Source: Chrysomallon squamiferum
Taxonomy: Eukaryota; Animalia; Mollusca
Assembly (NCBI GenBank): GCA_012295275.1
Contig: CM022672.1
Coordinates: 10,540,001-10,604,000, forward strand
Reading direction: 5' to 3'
DNA: 64,000 nucleotides
Shown here: piece after piece, positions 56,697 through 64,000 of the stretch
How the letters are laid out: the number at the start of each line of letters is the position of its first letter
Position numbering within the stretch: the stretch's first letter is position 1
Position numbers and translations under genes: made by a program
Notes under the pieces: generated by a model
What the model was told of the DNA's origin: nothing
Database searches by the model: none
What the model saw: only the letters and a program-made list of their open reading frames with translations

Positions 56697-56930
56697 TTAA
56701 CATTAATAATAATAATAATAAAGCATTAATAATAACAACAACAAAAATAATAATAACAATAATAATAATAATATTAACAATAATAATAATAATAATAACA
56801 AAAATAACAACAACAACAACAATAATAATAATAACAATACTATTAATAATAATAGCAATAATAATAATAATAATAAAACATTAATAATAACAACAACAAC
56901 AATAATAGTAATAAGAATTCCTTGATATAT
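56490..56930 (-). mobile_element. SINE remnant split by an (AAT)n/(AAC)n expansion
   Basis: TTTAACAACACACTCAGCATATTTTAT...TTAAGGAC...CTGTTGTCACTTCATGAGGTACTCTTTCTGATTAGCA, followed by ~270 bp of triplets. Confidence 0.7.
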
Positions 56931-57464
56931 CTGTGACACTGTGATATATTTTCTGTATATCTATGGCATTCTGATGTAGTATCTGTACATGTATCAGTGT
57001 CATATAATCTAAGGCTTTTAAATGCTGAACCATTTCTCAGAGTAATCAATAATAACAAGTAAAAAAAAAAAAATCCATAAATATTTATATGAAATTGATG
57101 CAAATCTGTTATTAATGATGCTCATGATAAAAATACAGAAATATATTTTCAGGTTCCTGAAAAATGTGATAAAATTGTTTATACATAGTAATGATCAAGT
57201 AATATAGATTATCACATTAACATTGATCACTGTAAGGTGCTAACTGTAATATAATCTTAATTATATAATTATATTAAGTACCATAATACAGAACAATCTT
57301 TCTTAGGTTGGCAGTTACTAAGTGTGTCATATGTAAAGGTGTGTGTGTACGTACACATGCACTGTAAAGCACCCTTGAACTAACTTATAAATATGGTATA
57401 ATAATAATAGTATAATAATAGTATTAACACATACATACATGCATGCTGGGCAAATAACACATAT

Positions 57465-58022
57465 ATAGATATATCCAGATAACAATTGATATGTCCAATT
57501 AACAACAGATCTGTCACATTAACAATAGATCTATCCAGTTAACAATAGTTCTATCCAGTTAACAATAGATATGTCTAGTTAACAACAGATATGTCCAGTT
57601 AACAAAAGATCAATGCAGTTAATAGTAGATATATCCAGTTAACAATAGATCTAACCAGTTAACAATAGATCTATCCAGTTAACAATAGATCTAAGCAGTT
57701 AACAATAGATCTAACCAGTTAACAATAGATCTATCCAGTTAACAATAGAACTGTCCAGTTAACAATAGATCTATCCAGTTAACAATAGTTCTGTCCAGTT
57801 AACAATAGTTCTGTCCAGTTAACAATAGTTCTGTCCAGATAACAACAGATCTGTCCAGTTAACAATAGTTCTGTCCAGTTAACAATAAATCTGTCCAGTT
57901 AACAATAGTTCTGTCCAGTTAACAATAAATCAGTCCAGTTAACAATAGATCTATCCAGTTTACAAAGATCTATCCAGTTAACAATAGCTCTATCCAGTTA
58001 ACAATAGATCTGTCCAGTTCAC
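57465..58022. repeat. 20-bp minisatellite, ~28 copies (GTTAACAATAGATCTATCCA)
   Basis: Direct tandem units in register with the 60-nt lines. Confidence 0.95.
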
Positions 58023-58713
58023 AAAATTATCTATTAATGTATATTAAGTATACTGGAGGTCTCGCAGTTCAGGTCTACCTAACACATGGTCTGATATTAA
58101 TGACTACAAACAAATGAAATGATATTTTCTGCATATTGGTTATGTTTACATTCAATTCAGACTCCTTTATGTGCCTGCTGTATTTGATACTTGATTATAA
58201 ATGATGGTGAAAAAATGCAAAAGCCTGCTTGTTTTGATGTTATAAAAACTGAGAGGAGAAATCTAATTTAGCTAGAAAACATTGATTGAGGTTATGAAGA
58301 ATTTTATAGCTGGGTGGGTTTTTTTTGTGAAGCGGAAGAAGCAAAATTGATTGTTAGACTGAGAGCTATATGTGTGTGTATAATTTATCATCATTGTTAT
58401 ATACACACACACACACACACACACATTACATAAAAACAAAAATACATATGCATAATGTAGTATTATAATAATATATATACTCACACATGCAAATATAAAT
58501 ATTCTCACAGATATACAAACAGTTTCTATAAACATGCTCTTGTACTTTGTTAAATGTGTTTTTAACTTCTTGTATTTACGCATACAAACCTATACATGTA
58601 TTCATTGACATGGATATACACAAACAAACATAGACATCCTAACTTGTATATTGACACGTTCAAATACAAGTCTAATACAGTTTACTGTTTTAATTAGATT
58701 ACATACATAGATA

Positions 58714-58752
<39 letters not shown>

Positions 58753-59554
58753 TACACACAAATAAACACACACATATGTGCATACATACACAAACATATA
58801 AATATATGCACACATAAATATATATGAGATATATAAAACTCAGCTTTATTATCTTAGATACATTTTACAAACTGCCATGTTTTTATCAGCTGTTTGTTAC
58901 TGCAGTTCACACACACACAAAGATACAAACAACCTCTTAAAAGATTATCTCAGTGATCATTATCATTATCTGACATTTGTGAAATCAAATCTGTAGAACT
59001 TTCTCCTGCATTCTTGAATATTTTCTACATATAATCTAAACAGACACGTGCATAAATATTCATTCCTGAATACAGACACATATAGCACTAGGACTTCATG
59101 TTTTAGTTCTAAATCTTACACTTGGAAAACACTGACAGGCAGAAATACCAGAGGTGTAATTAAATGATGGTCACAATGACATTTTGTCTGGCTAATTATG
59201 TTACTCCTCAGATAATTCACACACAGCTGCCTTCTGTCTTATTTCTGGGAACCACTGCTTGAATACAAATGGGACATTAACGGCAAAACAACGGTGTTTG
59301 TTTTGTCTAGCTCTTTTTTCTATTTTTGTTTAGTTTTTTGCTGATGTACACTTTTTGCTGCAGCCCACTAGTTATGAATACTGTAATTCAGCATAACAGT
59401 GAATAGAAATGTATGGCAATATTCACAGAAGATTTGCTCTGTCTCGTACACTGTTACTGATAGAGATGCTGATGGTTATTCTCAGGAACTGAAAGTCTGG
59501 GTCAGTTCACTGTAAAGAGTGGAACATTTGATACACCAGAGGGTGTCTCACCTT

Positions 59555-60055
59555 TCTTCAGTGACAGTCGTCTTATAACTGTGACAGTCTTATAAATGTG
59601 GGTTATTTTATAATAGTGACAGTCTTATTATAATGATGATAATTGTCTTATAATTGTGAAAGTTTTCTTATAATAGTAGCAGTCACCTTCTCACAAAACA
59701 GTTGCAGTTATCTAACAGTAGTGACAGTCTTTCTTTAATAGTGCAGTCTTTTTATAATAGTGATTATCATATAACTGTGACACTATTTTTATAATAATGA
59801 CAATCGTGTTATAATAATGAGTCTTCTTATAATAGTGTCTTCTTATAATGCTGAGTTTTCTGATAATAGTGACAGTCTTTTTATAATAGTGACAGTCTTA
59901 CAACTATAATAGTCTTTTTTATAATAACAACATGTGTTCTAATAATGAAAGTCTTCTTATAATACTTGGTTTCCTGATAATAGTGATTTTTCTTATAACA
60001 GTGACAGTCTTCTTATAATAATGACAGTATTCTTATAATAGTGACAGCCTTCTAA
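59555..60055. repeat. Degenerate ~21-bp array (TCTTATAATAGTGACAGTCT)
   Basis: Recurring motif. Confidence 0.85.
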
Positions 60056-60603
60056 CAGAAGTTGATTTTCCCTCTCTCTTTTTTCAGTTTCTTTCTCCTT
60101 CTCTCTCTCTCACTGTCAGTTCATTTCATTCACTCACTCACTCATACTCTCTCTCTCTCTCTCTCCATTTCTCTGTCTCTCTCTCAAACCCAAATTCAGT
60201 TATTTTTCTCTGAGTGACACCAAATAATTAAGGAGTCGCTTAACACTTTCTCATCTCACTCAGCTGTGGACAAATAGCAATGTGAGGAAATTGCCTGGGA
60301 TTCACCTGTTAATGCCTGTTCCTAGTGTATCATCAAATGGAAGCAGAAGCCAGGAAGTACACCCAATAGGAAAACAATCATGGAATGATTTGCCAGTCAG
60401 CGAGTCCATGAATTAATCACTGGAATCTTTTTATTGCTGAGAAAGTCAGTTACTTTCAGACAAATAAAACAAATCCGTTTAATGATTTAAATCTTCTGAA
60501 CATCAACTGCAAATAAGAAGCACAAATAGATTTATGGGGTTGATTGTGGTTCCAGCTAGGAACGATTTATTTGTCTCGTTGTTAAGTAATATTGGATATT
60601 TAG

Positions 60604-60608
<5 letters not shown>

Positions 60609-60688
<80 letters not shown>
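60609..60688. repeat. (GA)n microsatellite
   Basis: Direct reading. Confidence 0.95.
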
Positions 60689-60691
<3 letters not shown>

Positions 60692-60939
60692 GAGAGATAA
60701 TAATTATATAACAGTGATATTAACACAGAAAAAAAAAAGAAATGGAGAGAAAGACAATGTGAGACAAAGACATGGCAAACAAGAAAGAGACAGATGAAAA
60801 AAAGAAATAACAAAGGAGAAATAAACATATATGTTACATAATGTAATTTATATTTCTGCAATTTGTCTTTAATAATAATCTCTAAAACTGATGACTATAG
60901 TTTGTTTTATTTTTATATATGTAGGTATCTGTAACTGCT

Positions 60940-61380
60940 AGAAGACAGAGAGCCATTGTTTGTAAGTGTCACAACTGAGAAGACTGCCACTGTTTGTAAG
61001 TGTCACACTTAAGAAGACTGCTACTATTTGTAAGTGTCACAACTGCATACATGCATGCATGCATGTATACAGAAGACTGCCACTGTTTGTAAGTGTCACA
61101 CTTAAGAAGACTGCTACTATTTGTAAGTGTCACAACTGCATACATGCATGCATGCATGTATACAGAAGACTGCCACTGTTTGTAAGTGTCACACTTAAGA
61201 AGACTGCTACTATTTGTAAGTGTCACAACTAAGAAGATTGCTACTGTTTGTGTCACAACTGAGAAGACTGCCACTGTTTGTAAGTGTCACAACTGAGAAG
61301 ACTGCCACTGTTTGTAAGTGTCACAACTGAGAAGACTGCTACTATTTGTAAGCGTCACTGGTTTAGAAGACTGTCATTAT
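60940..61380. repeat. ~33-bp minisatellite with a 93-bp higher-order duplication
   Basis: AGAAGACTGCCACTGTTTGTAAGTGTCACAACT units. A block of two units plus GCATACATGCATGCATGCATGTATAC occurs twice, giving 31-aa periodicity in the ORF. Confidence 0.9.
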
Positions 61381-61631
61381 CAGAAGAAGATTAAAATTTA
61401 TATAAGATTACTACCAGTTATAAGTCTGTTATTTCCTGATATAATAGAGCTTAAACAAACATATAAAATAAATTATTGTTAAAAGATACAAATGAGAGAA
61501 ATAACTAACTGAATTTAGTATGATCCTATTTCTTCTCAAAATATTTAAGCTGTCATTTGTTTTAAATCTAAAGTTATTTTCCAGATTTATTACAAACATA
61601 CAGTACATACTTTTATTGTAATTCAAGTCAG

Positions 61632-61663
<32 letters not shown>

Positions 61664-62999
61664 TTTCTTCATTTTATCTTGGAAACAGAATTCTGCCAGA
61701 AACATATCTGATATTCATGTCAGAGTGACAAATATCAAAACTTTTAATATGAAGCTCACCAGAAAAGTAATATCATCTGAATCGAGTTTTCATTTTGTTT
61801 CTGCACTCAACTAATGGAATGGGCTAAGCAGAGGTATTAGAAAATCAATTGTTTATTAATTAATGAAAGCGTAATATCTCTGTGGAATTGCAGAATGAAT
61901 GCTGTCTGTGTTTTGTGTTCATTTGTGTAAATAAACAGGAATTTAGCCCAGTCCCATGCGGTAACAGAGAGATGGAACAAAATTGATTGTTTGTAATATG
62001 TCCAATCTTCTAGCATAAATAAACAACACGAGTGAAATATTATAGCTCATTTTGTCTATGACTCACATGTGTGCATGTGTGAGTGTGCGTGTATGTGTGT
62101 GTGTGTGTGTGTGTCTTTGTGTGTATGGGGTGGGATGTTTGTGTACGTGTGTGGGTGTGTTTATGTATGTATGTATATCTGAATGCATATGTATGTATTT
62201 ATGTGTGTGTGTATGCATGCATGTATGTAAGTATGTATGTATGTATGTTTGTGTGCATATGTATGTGTATGTCTGTATGTACATAAACATGTTGTTTGTG
62301 AGTGTATATATTGTGTGCAATGTGTTTTGTTTCTGTTTTTTAACTGTCTGAATACTGTTTGGTTAATAGATGCTAATATGTTGAATGACATTTTAATATT
62401 AATAATGTCAAATAAACAGTTTATTTATAATGATAATATATGAGAGAAAAGCCACTTACAAACATTAACTTTGTAGTAGTCCATAAATTGTTGTACAAAA
62501 AAATGCAGTTCATGAGTTTTGTGCATGTCTGAAAGCATCAGTATATTTCTTTCTCTTTTTTTTTTCACATACACAGACACACATAAATATAATGTTAAAA
62601 TTTTGCAAAAGATGATGATTGTTTGTAATGGTTTTTTTACAAACGTAAACAATAAATTTTGAACATATAAGAGTTCTTGTTTTAGTTCACAAAGGATGTA
62701 TTAATATACAACAACAGAACTGATCTAACAGTGAGTTTAAAACAGAAAGTAATTTATGATTACAAAGAAAATGTAATTTAAAAAAAATATATTATTCTAA
62801 GATGTTCACAAAAGTGATTTATCATACAAATGTATAAAAATAAAAAAAAAAAAAAAAATTAAAAAATGTTCAACCTTCATCAGAATGATTTGTTAATGAA
62901 CTTGTTATATTAAGTAATCGACATTTAAAAAAAAAAATTTAAATAAAAAAATATATATATAATAAAAAATTAATAATATATATAACAACAAAAAATATC

Positions 63000-63720
63000 T
63001 GGATATCCACTGACCATCCCTGGTTTCTTGAGTGAGATTATTTGACATCCTGAAGTCAAAACTATCAGATGCTCAATGACTTCATTTGAATGTTCTGTCA
63101 GTACCAAATCTGACTACTGTCTTTAATGTCATTAATGTTTAGTAGGATACTGAACTAATTACTTTTCTGACTGTCATTGGTAATAACTAGTTACAGACTG
63201 ACTATTATTTCATTATTCCATAATCTGTATTATTTTGAAGTCAAATGAGTGTTCAGATACCGATTAACCTGTGTTAGAACATTCTGCCAATAACCACATT
63301 TCAGTATTGTCCAAGAAGTCTAGACATCCATGTACCCACTGTTATAAGGTCAAAGAAGAATTCAGGCATCTATTGACTTCATAACCATATTTCAGTATTG
63401 TCTTGAAGTCATATGGATACCCACACACCTGTTGTTTTAAAGTCAGATGAATATCCTGATACCCATTCACCTTTGAACAAAGAACATTCTACATTAACCA
63501 TATTTCAGTATTGTTCTGAAGTCAAATGGATACACACTTACCTATTATCTTGAAATTAAATGGATATTACCTATTACCTTGAAGTTAAATGTATACTCAG
63601 GTATCAATGACCTTCATTAGAACAGAGTAGCAAATAACCACAGAGCAGTATTATTTTAAAAGTCTGGTTTTCCAAGTACCCAGTTTTCAGATCAAACAGA
63701 TATCAAGGCAGCCATTGTCT
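63000..63720. repeat. Old degenerate tandem array
   Basis: Recurring TAACCAYATTTCAGTATTGT...GAAGTCAAATGGATACCC at ~63291, 63382, 63496 and 63635. Confidence 0.75.
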
Positions 63721-64000
63721 TCAGTTTAAATCATGGTATTATTTTAAATGAAAGTATGGATACACAAAGACCCACTGTATTTCTTTAAAGCACTTCATAA
63801 TTTCCTGTTAACAGTTGTGCATTATAACACAAATCTAACCACCAGTGTTGCCAAACGTTACAAACTGTTCACACCAGAATTTGTCAAACAGTTCAATAAC
63901 CATGATGCTAGGGAAGCTGTTTACATGTGTTTGTTTGAGGGGTGATGAGCTTCATCAAGGTCTACGGTCTTTAATAATACCTTAATTAAACAGACGGAAA

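Noticed and set aside
60940-61380. CRISPR-like repeat-spacer appearance (also considered for 1-277 and 49095-50085)
   Set aside because: The units abut or have identical inserts, there are no unique spacers or cas genes, and the context is eukaryotic.
63748-63945. 65-aa plus-strand ORF
   Set aside because: No recognisable domain or splice structure, and it adjoins a degenerate repeat.

Overview
AT-rich, CpG-poor animal (eukaryotic) genomic DNA, dense in microsatellites and minisatellites. It is probably molluscan (gastropod), inferred only from my recollection of the SINE consensus. The only protein-coding signal I can support is the 5' part of a Slo2/KCNT-family (Slack/Slick-like) K+ channel gene on the minus strand. 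Four GT-AG exons (31215-31064, 24078-23999, 11083-10990, 5720-5634) splice in frame to give [137 protein letters not shown](W). I found no further exon in 1-5633, so the gene appears to continue beyond position 1. Almost all ORFs in the supplied track are translations of simple repeats. The rest is intronic or upstream DNA with decayed Meta-domain-type SINE copies and tandem arrays of many ages. I see no demonstrable new biological system. The best leads are hypotheses: an N-terminus resembling an inactivation ball, an inverted pair of UGCAUG-rich intronic arrays, and a possible distal alternative first exon. Exon boundaries were read base by base; repeat boundaries and counts are by-eye estimates.
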